Source of the DNA: an uncultured Flavobacteriales bacterium
Lineage (GTDB): Bacteria; Bacteroidota; Bacteroidia; UBA10329
Direction of reading: 5' to 3'
Length of the DNA stretch: 64,000 nt
Assembly (NCBI GenBank): GCA_937900875.1
Contig: CALCGD010000249.1
Coordinates: 9,977 to 73,976, forward strand
Shown here: piece after piece, positions 10,823-20,197 of the stretch
Layout of the letters: the number at the start of each line of letters is the position of its first letter
How positions within the stretch are numbered: position 1 is the stretch's first letter
Made by a program: the position numbers and the translations under genes
Notes under the pieces: generated by a model
Databases searched by the model: none
What the model saw: only the letters and a program-made list of their open reading frames with translations
Told to the model about the DNA's origin: nothing

Positions 10823-11718
10823 TGAATTTTTTCGGCAATTCTAAGCTTGGCACTTCTTGCTCTTGGGTTTCTAGCAACCTCTTCGTCTGAAGCAATAATT
10901 GGCTTTCTGTTTATGGCGTTGAAAGGGACTATTGGCTTACCGTAAAAGTCCTTCTCAATTTTGCCTTCAATGTTTCCGCTTCTCACCATATTTTTTACCA
11001 ATCTATCTTCTAAAGAGTGGTAGGACATTACGACCAATCGACCCTCATCTGCAAGGATTGTTGGCATTTGGTTTAGCATCTCTATCAATGCTGCCATTTC
11101 ATCGTTCACTTCCATTCTAATGGCTTGAAACACTCTTGATAGGAAGCTATTTTCTTTCCCACGTTGAGCCACAGGAAGAATTACTTCTTTAAACTGGTCG
11201 ATAGTTTCAATTTCAGAAACGGACCTTGCCGCAACTATGGCCTTGGCAAGTTTCCAAGCTTCGTTTAGGTCTGCGTTTTCTCGAAAAATTCCAGAGAGTT
11301 GCTCCGCAGAGTATTGGTTTACCACTTTGTACGCAGTGAGTTCAATTCCGTCAGACATTCTCATGTCTAAAGGACCGTCTGCTCTTGTGCTAAAGCCCCT
11401 ACTTGGCACGTCAATTTGAAATGATGAAATGCCCAAATCGGCAAGAATGCCATTAACAGGCAACGCCTTATGGTACTTCAGAAAGTTGCGCACATACCTG
11501 AAGTTGTGTGGTATGAAAGTGAAATGTTCGTCCTGTATCAGGTTCATTTGTGCGTCTTTATCCTGGTCGAAGGCGTACAGATGTCCGCCTTTGAGTTTCT
11601 TAAGTATTTCACGCGAATGACCTCCACCTCCGAAGGTTAAATCCACGTAAATCCCTTCAGGATCAATGTTTAAGCCGCTAATACACTCCTGTAACAGGAC
11701 TGGGTCATGGTAAGTCAT
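10819..11718 (-). CDS. rsmH: 16S rRNA (cytosine1402-N4)-methyltransferase RsmH (MraW)
   Basis: 299 aa; YVDLTFGGGGHS SAM-binding motif characteristic of RsmH; dcw position. Confidence 0.9.
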   Translation of the reverse strand: MTYHDPVLLQECISGLNIDPEGIYVDLTFGGGGHSREILKKLKGGHLYAFDQDKDAQMNLIQDEHFTFIPHNFRYVRNFLKYHKALPVNGILADLGISSFQIDVPSRGFSTRADGPLDMRMSDGIELTAYKVVNQYSAEQLSGIFRENADLNEAWKLAKAIVAARSVSEIETIDQFKEVILPVAQRGKENSFLSRVFQAIRMEVNDEMAALIEMLNQMPTILADEGRLVVMSYHSLEDRLVKNMVRSGNIEGKIEKDFYGKPIVPFNAINRKPIIASDEEVARNPRARSAKLRIAEKIQ

Positions 11719-12178
11719 CAGCCCCGATATTTAGGCTGCCCATGACTTCTTCAGCCAGTGTGGCAATGTCTGTTTCAGGATTGCTAAGCACTTTTTCGTA
11801 TGCTGCCTTGTCCCATATTTCTACATAGGTACCGGCAGATGCGAGAACGATGTCTTTGGAAATTTCGCTGAACCCAACAAGGTCTTTGGGAATTAGCAAA
11901 CGTCCGGTAACATCAAGCTCAACTATCTTGACCCCAGCGGTAAACAACCGAATGAACTCGACATTCTGGCGCTTAAACCTGTTCAGTTTATTCACCATAC
12001 TCATCTTTTCATCCCACTCACTCATCGGGTACAATTCAATGCACTTTTCGAACATGCCTCGCTTTAAAACGAAGCCGCTTTCAAGTTGAGACATCAATTG
12101 CTTCTTCAATGCTGTAGGTAGCATGAGTCGGCCCTTGGCGTCCACTTTGCATTCATATGTACCGATTATGTTGGTCAC
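11705..12178 (-). CDS. mraZ: transcriptional regulator MraZ
   Basis: 157 aa; duplicated MraZ/SpoVT-AbrB-like halves (KVDAKGRLMLP and DVTGRLLIPK); first gene of the dcw operon. Confidence 0.88.
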   Translation of the reverse strand: MTNIIGTYECKVDAKGRLMLPTALKKQLMSQLESGFVLKRGMFEKCIELYPMSEWDEKMSMVNKLNRFKRQNVEFIRLFTAGVKIVELDVTGRLLIPKDLVGFSEISKDIVLASAGTYVEIWDKAAYEKVLSNPETDIATLAEEVMGSLNIGADDLP

Positions 12179-12215
12179 TTACACATGGGTTTATCAGGTA
12201 AAGTAATGGATTATC

Positions 12216-12244
12216 TCCCACTATTTACCACAGTTTACCACAAC
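12216..12244 (-). promoter_or_regulatory. candidate MraZ operator: three direct GTGG(T/G) repeats at 10-nt spacing
   Basis: The minus strand reads GTGGTAAACTGTGGTAAATAGTGGGA, 37-67 nt upstream of the mraZ ATG and just downstream of a TACATTTG -7 box. MraZ operators in other bacteria are series of GTGG(G/T) direct repeats between the promoter and mraZ. Confidence 0.45.
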
Positions 12245-12263
12245 TGTTGAAAACTTTATAGTT

Positions 12264-12271
12264 CAAATGTA
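12264..12271 (-). promoter_or_regulatory. candidate Bacteroidota sigma-A -7 box (TACATTTG) for the dcw operon
   Basis: Minus-strand TACATTTG matches the TAnnTTTG consensus; about 90 nt upstream of the mraZ start with the repeat array in between. Confidence 0.35.
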
Positions 12272-12316
12272 CAGAAAGGTTACAGTGTAACGTGATATGA
12301 GTAGGTTTTAGTACAA

Positions 12317-12343
12317 GTTGGGCTGTGGTAAAAAGTGGTATAA
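12317..12343 (+). promoter_or_regulatory. second, plus-strand set of GTGG repeats (GTTGGGCTGTGGTAAAAAGTGGTATAAT)
   Basis: GTGG at 12325 and 12335 (10-nt spacing) plus GTTGGG at 12316, in inverted orientation relative to the mraZ-proximal array, upstream of the divergent hydrolase gene. A TAATTTTG box follows at 12406..12413. Confidence 0.3.
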
Positions 12344-12400
12344 TTGTTAATAACCTAATGGTTTTCCACATCATTTATTGGTCAATTCACCCTGTCATTT

Positions 12401-13189
12401 TTGGTTAATTTTGACCAAAACGTCAATCAAGTGGTAAAAGAGGAGTCTGGACATAAGTACATTGAGCAAGGAGAAGGCCCAGTGTTGGTGGTTTTACACG
12501 GTTTGTTTGGTGCGTTAAGCAACTTTCAGGATGTACTTGACGAATTCTCTAAGGATTATAAAGTGGTAATTCCAATTATGCCTATTTATGAATTGCCTCT
12601 GCTTAAGACCAATGTGAAGGAATTGGCGGATTATATTCACTCCTTTATTGAGTACAAGTCGTTCGATAGCGTAACGCTGCTTGGAAACTCGTTAGGCGGG
12701 CATGTTTCTTTGGTGTACACCGTAGCTCATCCTGAGAATGTAAACGCGCTGATATTAACTGGAAGCTCTGGGTTGTATGAAAATGCTTTTGGCGGTTCGT
12801 TTCCGAGAAGAGAGGATCGAGAGTACATACGCAAGAAAGTTGAAACCACTTTTTATGATCCGAAAAATGCCACTGATGAATTGATTGAAGAGGTTTTTGG
12901 GATTATTAATGATCGAAACAAGCTTATAAGAGTTTTGGCTATCGCTAAATCAGCCATTCGGCACAACATGAAGGAAGAATTGCCTGGGATTATGATACCA
13001 AGTTGCTTGATATGGGGAAAAAATGATGGGGTAACACCACCAGAAGTTGCCGAGGATTTCCATAAGTTCTTACCTAATTCTGAATTGCATTGGATTGACA
13101 AATGCGGACATGCCCCTATGATGGAGCACCCAAAAGAATTTAATGGCATTTTGTCTCCGTGGTTGCGGACGCACGTTCTTAAGAACTAA
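12401..13189 (+). CDS. alpha/beta-fold hydrolase
   Basis: 262 aa; HGLFG oxyanion region and GNSLGG nucleophile elbow (GxSxG). The start is uncertain: a TTG at 12401 or an in-frame GTG at 12431. Confidence 0.75.
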   Translation: MVNFDQNVNQVVKEESGHKYIEQGEGPVLVVLHGLFGALSNFQDVLDEFSKDYKVVIPIMPIYELPLLKTNVKELADYIHSFIEYKSFDSVTLLGNSLGGHVSLVYTVAHPENVNALILTGSSGLYENAFGGSFPRREDREYIRKKVETTFYDPKNATDELIEEVFGIINDRNKLIRVLAIAKSAIRHNMKEELPGIMIPSCLIWGKNDGVTPPEVAEDFHKFLPNSELHWIDKCGHAPMMEHPKEFNGILSPWLRTHVLKN

Positions 13190-13191
13190 TT

Positions 13192-13806
13192 ATGATAATT
13201 AAAGAAGTAGAGTTTGTGATGAGCAACTCTGACGTGCGTAAATGTCCGAAACCGGATAGACCGGAATATGCTTTTATCGGTCGGTCTAACGTTGGAAAAT
13301 CTTCTCTGATTAATATGTTAATGGATAAGAAGAGCTTGGCGAAAACCAGTTCTACCCCGGGTAAAACACAGCTGATTAATCATTTTTTGGTGAATAAAAC
13401 ATGGTACTTGGTTGATTTACCGGGTTATGGCTATGCGAAAGTTCCAAAAGCTCAAAAGGTAAAGTTTGAGCGCATGATTTCGGATTACATCCTTCTTCGA
13501 GAAAACCTAGTCACAGTATTTATACTAGTGGATATTAGGCACAGTCCGCAGCAGATTGATTTGGAGTTTATGGAATGGCTAGGTCTTTCTTCCATTCCGT
13601 TCACGATGGTTTTTACTAAGCTAGATAAACTTAAACGAGGAGAGATTGAGCCCAATTTAAAGAAGTATAGGAATAAGATGCTGGAGAAATGGGATGAGTT
13701 ACCTATTCAGGTTATTACTTCTGCGGAGAAGACGGATGGTCGAGAACCACTTCTAGAGTATATAGAGAAATTGAATACAGATTTCGCGACAAAGTTTCAG
13801 AAATAA
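13192..13806 (+). CDS. engB: ribosome biogenesis GTP-binding protein YihA/YsxC (EngB)
   Basis: 204 aa; [15 protein letters not shown]1 motif, DLPGYG G3 motif and EngB family length. The likely true start is the internal Met (MSNSDV). Confidence 0.85.
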   Translation: MIIKEVEFVMSNSDVRKCPKPDRPEYAFIGRSNVGKSSLINMLMDKKSLAKTSSTPGKTQLINHFLVNKTWYLVDLPGYGYAKVPKAQKVKFERMISDYILLRENLVTVFILVDIRHSPQQIDLEFMEWLGLSSIPFTMVFTKLDKLKRGEIEPNLKKYRNKMLEKWDELPIQVITSAEKTDGREPLLEYIEKLNTDFATKFQK

Positions 13807-13836
13807 AAAAGGCTCCAATTTGGAGCCTTTTTTATT
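13805..13836. terminator. bidirectional rho-independent terminator
   Basis: Perfect stem GGCTCCA/TGGAGCC with a 3-nt loop, flanked by an A6 run upstream and T6 downstream. Lies between the convergent engB (+) and the T9SS cargo gene (-). Confidence 0.7.
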
Positions 13837-13851
13837 TGGTGTCTTGTTCAG

Positions 13852-15756
13852 TTATCTAATCAACTGCAACCAACCCGTTTCCTTGAAGTTGAAATTGTCA
13901 AGCTCGTTGTTAATGGCGTTACCCGATTGCATTTCTGCTTTAGATATAACGTAGAAGTAAGTTCCAGATGAAGCTTCCACACCTGCAGAAGTAGTACCAT
14001 CCCACGAAATAAGAGGCGAAGAGTTTTCAAAAACTACATTACCCCATCTGTTATATATTTCCAATTTAAATGGCCCTACAGCGCTAGTTCTAACGTCAAA
14101 TACATCGTTCCAACCATCGTTGTTCGGAGTAAACACATTTGGTACAATTAATCCTTCAACTACGTTTACAGGAATAACTAAAGTGTCTAGGCATTCAAGA
14201 CCACTTCTCACAATCAACTGAATATCATACGTACCAGTTTCATAGTATGAATGGAAAGGCAATGAATCTGTACTAGTGGTTCCATCTCCAAAATCCCAGT
14301 ACCATTCACTGGTAAGTAAGCTAGAATCTGCCATCTCTAGAATGTCATGAATGAAAATGCCTCCAGGTAAAGTGGGGTCCGTGACAACCGTGAAATTGGC
14401 AACTGGTAATGGCCATACTTCGACAACATGTGTTCTTAGTAATGATGCGCAGCCACCGTTGATATTGTTGGGTACTGTTTCAATTACTTCCACAGTGCCG
14501 AAAATGGCTGCAAGACTATCGTTAGCCCAGATTACTGTTACAGAGGTGTTTGTCTGATTAACAACCGTACCGCCAGTTACCACGAAATCGTAAGTCGAAC
14601 CATTGTCAGGAACCGTATATACGGAAGGTACACTCGCACACAGAGCAGTGTCTCCGTCTACCGAAGGCTCAGATGGAACATTGAATCCAAGAACATAGGC
14701 ATCTTCAGGATACGTTTGGTAATCGTCCCAAGCATAACGCACAACTTGTTGCAATCCGCCAATTGGGGCGCTGGCTGTGTTACCCATATTTTCCCACAAC
14801 GCGTTAGCAACGCTCCAATTTGCGATGGTGTTATAATCCTCGTCAAGTTCAGAAGGATTTGAGTATAGTGCAATATCTGCGTTTGGAACGGCTCCTCCAG
14901 TTTGATTTATTCTGTGATACCACCAAGGATTGACATAACAAATAGTGGTGTCAACATCAGACACTGGCAAACTGTTTATAGTAGCATTTCGGTTTACAAA
15001 ACGTACGTGAAACCAATCAGCATCTGTTGTAGCTGGCTTAATTGTAGCGGGTCTATAACGCTTAAATTGATTTGGGGAAATGTTGAGTGCCGACCCAACA
15101 GGGAAAAGATAACTTGCATTTTGAACAACCGCTCTGGCCAAGTTTCCATTTTGTAAACTTGAGACGAATGCGCAAGTATCACAGTTGGCATTTCTCAAAA
15201 TTGCACCAGTAGCATTATTAAATACGAAGAGCGTGTCAAAATCTGTTGCCCATTCTCCAATACCTAACTTTAGTTTACCAGTTTCATCAATTTCCGCATT
15301 TACTCCTTCCTGAATTCTCCTGATATCTCCAACAAGTGTAGCGTCATGAAACCTGCTAACAGAATCTCCTTGGATTGAGTCTGTAGTCATAAATTCAACT
15401 TTTCCTTCTCCCGCAAAATAGGTTCCGTTGTTTTCCCAGTCACCGTAAAGCTCAAATCGGCCGTCATTTCCAGGAATTTGTAATGGAAAACTTCCGTCAC
15501 CACCTGCTTGGCCATTATTGATGAAATCGCCATGAATGATGAACTTTCCTAAGTTCACCATGATGCTATCGTTGTTGGTAACTCCTCCATCAACCCAAAC
15601 TACTGCTGAGTCGTTCACACCACCATTGATGTAAAACATTGCACCGTTATTGAAGATTAGAGGGTCTGGCTCTGCTTGTGCAAGCACCTGACCTACAAAC
15701 CCAGTCACCAATGCAAGTGATAGGAAAAGACCATTTAAGGGGGTTGAAATTTTCAT
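13852..15756 (-). CDS. secreted PKD-domain protein with a T9SS type-B C-terminal sorting domain
   Basis: Signal peptide MKISTPLNGLFLSLALVTGFVGQVLAQA (start taken at the internal Met); a PKD-like WYWDFGDGTTSTD motif; C-terminal VPNVFTPNNDGWNDVF motif diagnostic of the type-B (gliding-motility-associated) T9SS C-terminal domain. Confidence 0.75.
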   Translation of the reverse strand: MKISTPLNGLFLSLALVTGFVGQVLAQAEPDPLIFNNGAMFYINGGVNDSAVVWVDGGVTNNDSIMVNLGKFIIHGDFINNGQAGGDGSFPLQIPGNDGRFELYGDWENNGTYFAGEGKVEFMTTDSIQGDSVSRFHDATLVGDIRRIQEGVNAEIDETGKLKLGIGEWATDFDTLFVFNNATGAILRNANCDTCAFVSSLQNGNLARAVVQNASYLFPVGSALNISPNQFKRYRPATIKPATTDADWFHVRFVNRNATINSLPVSDVDTTICYVNPWWYHRINQTGGAVPNADIALYSNPSELDEDYNTIANWSVANALWENMGNTASAPIGGLQQVVRYAWDDYQTYPEDAYVLGFNVPSEPSVDGDTALCASVPSVYTVPDNGSTYDFVVTGGTVVNQTNTSVTVIWANDSLAAIFGTVEVIETVPNNINGGCASLLRTHVVEVWPLPVANFTVVTDPTLPGGIFIHDILEMADSSLLTSEWYWDFGDGTTSTDSLPFHSYYETGTYDIQLIVRSGLECLDTLVIPVNVVEGLIVPNVFTPNNDGWNDVFDVRTSAVGPFKLEIYNRWGNVVFENSSPLISWDGTTSAGVEASSGTYFYVISKAEMQSGNAINNELDNFNFKETGWLQLIR

Positions 15757-15876
15757 CAGATAGGTAGTATTTGGTCGATACGATTTTCTGTAAGCACACA
15801 AATATAGACGCGCGAAGCCAATGTTTCAAATAAATTAGAACGTTGTGGCTTTAAAGAAAGGATTGACACGAGGAAA

Positions 15877-16212
15877 TTAGCCCTCCTCGGAGAACATTTC
15901 TTCCGCGAAATGACGCCCGAAATCCCTCATGTCGGCAGCCATTTTGTCCTCATTTGTTGCCCTTTGGAGTGAGTCCGCCATTGAGATGATTGTTTGATGA
16001 AAAAACCTCTTCATTTCATCCACCCTCATTTCTTTGGTCCAAAGGTCCATGCGCAATGTTTCTTCGCTTTCTGTATCGTAAACAGAAATCATGATAGCTT
16101 TTGAGTCTAACTGCTTATCCATGCCAGCATCGGTTGCAAGCCATGTGATTTTTTCTGGAATTTGATTTTCGTCAAGGGTAACCTTAAAATTGATCTCTGA
16201 TGACTTGCTCAT
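15877..16212 (-). CDS. gldC: gliding motility protein GldC
   Basis: 111-aa soluble protein immediately downstream (1-nt gap) of a ~335-aa lipoprotein, matching the gldB-gldC pair of Flavobacterium johnsoniae in size and order. Confidence 0.55.
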   Translation of the reverse strand: MSKSSEINFKVTLDENQIPEKITWLATDAGMDKQLDSKAIMISVYDTESEETLRMDLWTKEMRVDEMKRFFHQTIISMADSLQRATNEDKMAADMRDFGRHFAEEMFSEEG

Positions 16213-16213
16213 T

Positions 16214-17227
16214 CTATTGTTTGGGTTTGTATTTAGAACTCGCCAAAATGGCTTGTGAGTCCTGATTTATCATTAGCTCCTGAAGACTTATTTCAGGATT
16301 TGCTTTCATGTATTTTCGAACGATTTGCCAACCTATCCATTGGCCTAATCTACCGGGCGACTCTTTAGGAATTCCTGCTACAAACGGGGCTTGATTAATC
16401 CATTTGTTAATGGTCATAAAGTCTGTTGAATAGAGCAATTCTTGGTCAATTATATGCGCCCAAACTCTTGGTTCAAACTCGTAGCACCATTCCATTGCTT
16501 CATTCGGAAATCCAATTTTTACGGAGTCGGGTGATTTTCGCAGGACAGCGTCTGTTGCGTAAAGAATTTTCCCTTCAAATATCATATAGTCTAAAAGAGA
16601 ATTGCGCACGGCCTCGGTTTCATACATTGATTGAATCCATCCTTTCATAGCCTGTGGCACTACCTGTTCTCGTTTCATGTTCGAAAACATGTATTGAGGA
16701 ATTCCTACTTGCGGATATACAGGGTAATCAGCGCCCAAAAACATATCTAAACTGATGGCCATGGTAGATTTTGTGGCAACAACTGGGTAGTTTAACGCAG
16801 AAATCATGAACACTATTTCGGGAATAGTGCTATCTGGAAAATGATAGTGGAAATAACTAAAAGCGCTGTTTAAATCATTTTCAATTTCTGATAGCTCTGG
16901 ATATTCAGTTTCGGTGTCTTCAAAAAGAACCTTCATGTTTTCGTCCACAATAAACTGAGCTACAGCAAACGGGAATCCGTCAGATTCAGGATGTCCAATT
17001 TGAAGAACGCCATCACAGTAATCAACCAAAAACTCACCGTATTTGGCGTAAAGTTGATCGGTATTGGTCTCGCCAGCTGCTGGATTTAACGCGAAAACAT
17101 CTTGGTCCAGTCGCTTAAATTCGAGTTCAATTTCAGCACCTTTTAGGTCAATATCTAATGGATTAGAATCACATCCCACTAGTAGAAGCAATGCCGAAAA
17201 ACTGAATGCGAAGAAGGAAATTCTCAT
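16214..17227 (-). CDS. gldB: gliding motility lipoprotein GldB
   Basis: 337 aa; lipoprotein signal with lipobox LLLVGC; followed by gldC; nadE in the vicinity as in F. johnsoniae. Confidence 0.55.
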   Translation of the reverse strand: MRISFFAFSFSALLLLVGCDSNPLDIDLKGAEIELEFKRLDQDVFALNPAAGETNTDQLYAKYGEFLVDYCDGVLQIGHPESDGFPFAVAQFIVDENMKVLFEDTETEYPELSEIENDLNSAFSYFHYHFPDSTIPEIVFMISALNYPVVATKSTMAISLDMFLGADYPVYPQVGIPQYMFSNMKREQVVPQAMKGWIQSMYETEAVRNSLLDYMIFEGKILYATDAVLRKSPDSVKIGFPNEAMEWCYEFEPRVWAHIIDQELLYSTDFMTINKWINQAPFVAGIPKESPGRLGQWIGWQIVRKYMKANPEISLQELMINQDSQAILASSKYKPKQ

Positions 17228-17276
17228 GCCCGATTATTCATGTAATTTTGCGAACGCAATTGAAGCGGTCGAAATT

Positions 17277-18095
17277 ATGAAAAACCTACTTCTGATATTA
17301 TCGGTTATTGTGTTAAGCAGTGAAGCGTTTGCTCAAGACCAGGCCGTTGGCCCTAAAACAAGAAAGAAATTCAAAATTGGATTTCAACTTTCTCCAGCCG
17401 TTGATTTCTTTCAGCCTAATACTGAAGGTGTTGACCTAGATGCTGCCAAAGCAAAATTTGGTTATGGCATGATTGCCGAGTATGCATTTACTAATAATTA
17501 TGCGTTAGGGTTTGGATTAGAGCATAAAATGTCAGGATCGGCACTTGACTTTGGCGCAGATGCTGATGCTCGATACTTGTCGCAAACTGATGCAATGGAG
17601 TACAGATTGCTTACAAGAACATATAGGTACGATTATATCAATTTGCCTATTACGCTCAAGTTAATGACTAACGAAATTGGGTATTTCACATACTTCGGCC
17701 AGTTTGGCGTGGACGTGTCTGTACTTGCTTCATCAAGAACAAAGGACGAAAGACAACAGCTTGAAACTTCTGTAACGGATACAGCTGGGGTTGTAACCGA
17801 GACATTCTCTGCATCATCAACCACAGATTTTAAGGGGCGTTATAACCAGAGCATGTTCATTAACGTAAAACTGAGAATTGGCGCAGGGTTTGAATGGAAT
17901 TTTTCAGGAAACACCTCGATGGTCGTAAGTGTGTCTTACCACAATGGATTTATTGACTTAATGAAAGACCCTACAAACGATACAGTAGCTAATGATGAAG
18001 GTCTTTACAAATATGACGAAACAAGAACGAAAGTGCCGTTTGAAATGAGTGCCAACTTGCATCATGTTGCATTAAATGTTGGTATTCTGTTTTAA
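17277..18095 (+). CDS. outer-membrane beta-barrel (porin-like) protein
   Basis: Signal peptide MKNLLLILSVIVLSSEAFAQ; alternating amphipathic strands; C-terminal ...NVGILF with a terminal Phe. The ORF-track extension back to 17064 overlaps gldB and was rejected. Confidence 0.6.
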   Translation: MKNLLLILSVIVLSSEAFAQDQAVGPKTRKKFKIGFQLSPAVDFFQPNTEGVDLDAAKAKFGYGMIAEYAFTNNYALGFGLEHKMSGSALDFGADADARYLSQTDAMEYRLLTRTYRYDYINLPITLKLMTNEIGYFTYFGQFGVDVSVLASSRTKDERQQLETSVTDTAGVVTETFSASSTTDFKGRYNQSMFINVKLRIGAGFEWNFSGNTSMVVSVSYHNGFIDLMKDPTNDTVANDEGLYKYDETRTKVPFEMSANLHHVALNVGILF

Positions 18096-18118
18096 TCTTA
18101 GCCCGTAAGAATACCTTT

Positions 18119-18145
18119 GCCGAAGCCTCTAGCTTCGGCTTTTTT
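18119..18145 (+). terminator. rho-independent terminator
   Basis: Stem GCCGAAGC/GCTTCGGC with loop CTCTA, followed by TTTTTT, directly after the beta-barrel gene stop. Confidence 0.65.
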
Positions 18146-18150
18146 GTACA

Positions 18151-19788
18151 ATGCAAATACGTTTAGCGCAGCTTAATTATCACATCGGAAATTTCGAACA
18201 GAACGTTCGGAAGATTGTGGGGGAAATAAAAATTGCCAAAGCGGATAGGGTTGAGCTAATCGTTTTCTCTGAATTATCGGTTTGCGGATATCCACCTAGA
18301 GATTTTCTTGAATTTGAAGATTTCATTTCAAAATGTGAGGATTCTATAGCTGAAATTGCTAGTCATTGTATTGGTATAACAGCTATTGTTGGTGCTCCGC
18401 TCCGGAATACTTCTGTGAACGGAAAAAGCCTGTTTAATGCGGCTTTTGTACTAGAAAATGGTGTTGTGAAGAACATGGTTAGAAAGAGTCTTCTTCCCAA
18501 TTATGACATTTTTGATGAGTACCGATATTTTGAGCCAAACCGAGATTTTGATATTGTGGAGATAAATGGTGTTCGCGTGGCGTTAACTATCTGCGAAGAT
18601 TTGTGGAACATTGAAGATCCGCTATACATTACAAATCCAATGGATGAATTGATGGAGCAAAACCCGCAATTGATGATAAATATTGCGGCATCACCATTCG
18701 ATTTCAATCATAGAGAAGATCGTATTCGTGTCCTTTCTGCAAACTGCAATAAGTACGGTTTGCCCTTATTGTACGTAAATCATGTTGGTGCGCAAACCGA
18801 GTTAATTTTTGATGGAGGTTCTATGGCAATTGACTCAACTGGGAAATTGCTTCACGAACTTGAGTATTACAAAGAAGACAAGGCCAGCTTTGAATACAAT
18901 AAAGGATTGAAATTAGTGAGCGGAGAACCTAGGTTTGATACTCGTTTAAAAATTGAAAGGATTCATGATGCGTTGGTTTTGGGCGTAGCAGAATACTTTG
19001 AAAAATTAGGTTTTAATAAGGCTGTTTTAGGTCTTTCTGGTGGTATAGATTCGGCTGTGGTTCTTTATCTGGCAGTTGAAGCGTTAGGTAAAGAAAACGT
19101 TCGAACATTATTGATGCCGTCAGAATATTCATCTGCTCATTCTATTGATGATTCGGTGAAATTGTCAGAGAATTTAGGGACAGCTTATGACATTGTTCCG
19201 ATAAAAAACTTATTTGAAAATTTCAGAAAAGACCTTAACCCCATGTTTGGCAATTTGCCATTCAATTTGGCGGAAGAGAATTTGCAAGCCAGGATAAGAG
19301 GTGTGCTGTTAATGGGCATTTCAAACAAATTCGGGAATATCGTTCTCAACACTTCCAATAAAAGCGAATGTGCAGTGGGTTATTCAACCATTTATGGCGA
19401 CATGAACGGTGGGCTATCGGTAATTGCAGATTTGTATAAAACGGAAGTTTATGATTTAGCGCGATGGATTAACCGAAATGGCGAAGTAATACCTGAGAAT
19501 ATCATTACCAAAGCTCCGAGCGCTGAGTTACGGCCCGATCAGAAAGATTCAGATTCATTGCCAGAGTATGCTGTTTTGGATGAGATTTTGATACAATATA
19601 TCGAGAATAGAAAAGGCCCAGCAGAAATTGCAGCTATGGGACATTCGGAAGAATTGGTAAATAGAATACTAAGACTCGTGAATCTAAACGAGTATAAAAG
19701 ATACCAGACTCCTCCCATACTAAGAGTGTCTAAGAAAGCGTTCGGCATGGGCCGCAGAGTACCAATTGTGGGTAAATACCTTTGTTAA
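18151..19788 (+). CDS. nadE: glutamine-dependent NAD(+) synthetase
   Basis: 545 aa; N-terminal nitrilase/CN-hydrolase domain (ELSVCGYP) fused to an NAD synthetase domain (SGGIDS PP-loop). Confidence 0.88.
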   Translation: MQIRLAQLNYHIGNFEQNVRKIVGEIKIAKADRVELIVFSELSVCGYPPRDFLEFEDFISKCEDSIAEIASHCIGITAIVGAPLRNTSVNGKSLFNAAFVLENGVVKNMVRKSLLPNYDIFDEYRYFEPNRDFDIVEINGVRVALTICEDLWNIEDPLYITNPMDELMEQNPQLMINIAASPFDFNHREDRIRVLSANCNKYGLPLLYVNHVGAQTELIFDGGSMAIDSTGKLLHELEYYKEDKASFEYNKGLKLVSGEPRFDTRLKIERIHDALVLGVAEYFEKLGFNKAVLGLSGGIDSAVVLYLAVEALGKENVRTLLMPSEYSSAHSIDDSVKLSENLGTAYDIVPIKNLFENFRKDLNPMFGNLPFNLAEENLQARIRGVLLMGISNKFGNIVLNTSNKSECAVGYSTIYGDMNGGLSVIADLYKTEVYDLARWINRNGEVIPENIITKAPSAELRPDQKDSDSLPEYAVLDEILIQYIENRKGPAEIAAMGHSEELVNRILRLVNLNEYKRYQTPPILRVSKKAFGMGRRVPIVGKYLC

Positions 19789-19796
19789 TTCGGAAA

Positions 19797-20195
19797 ATGA
19801 AAAGAATTATTGCTCTTATGATAATGGTTGTGGTTGCCGGTGGTTGTGCAACCAAAGATGAGAAAGCTCGAACCAATATTGCCCAAGTTTGGCGAATTTC
19901 TAAAGTGCTACAAAATGGCTCTGATGTAACCACCACCTATACTGATAGTAGAATTTCCTACCGGATTTCGTTTAGCAGTAGCGGAGCTTTTTTAGAACGA
20001 TATTACCCGTTCAGCGGAGCTGATGAGATTAGTGTATCTGGTACTTGGTTTTTCTCAGATGGTATAAGAAAAGTGTCGCTGGACGATAATAATCAAGCAC
20101 GCGTTTATCAAATTGACCTTCTTGAGGAAGACAATTTTAACATAACTGATCTTGGGTCGACTAACAGTCGTCAGATTGAGTTTGTTCCGGAATAA
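19797..20195 (+). CDS. hypothetical lipoprotein
   Basis: Signal peptide with lipobox VVAGGC; about 130 aa; no recognisable catalytic motif. Confidence 0.45.
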   Translation: MKRIIALMIMVVVAGGCATKDEKARTNIAQVWRISKVLQNGSDVTTTYTDSRISYRISFSSSGAFLERYYPFSGADEISVSGTWFFSDGIRKVSLDDNNQARVYQIDLLEEDNFNITDLGSTNSRQIEFVPE

Positions 20196-20197
20196 AA

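Noticed and set aside
12401-12430. TTG start codon of the alpha/beta hydrolase as given by the ORF track
   Set aside because: Not rejected as a gene. The first 10 codons are doubtful, however: a TAATTTTG -7-like box at 12406..12413 overlaps them, and an in-frame GTG at 12431 is a plausible true start.
15757-15801. 15-codon extension (MCAYRKSYRPNTTYL) in front of the T9SS type-B cargo
   Set aside because: The internal Met at 15756 begins a canonical signal peptide. The extension has no signal-peptide character.
17064-17276. N-terminal extension of the beta-barrel ORF back to 17064
   Set aside because: It overlaps the 5' end of gldB on the other strand. A proper signal peptide begins at the internal ATG at 17277.
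18112-18119. TACCTTTG -7-like box upstream of nadE
   Set aside because: A transcript starting about 7 nt downstream would begin inside the terminator hairpin at 18119..18145. This is more likely a coincidental match adjacent to the beta-barrel gene terminator.
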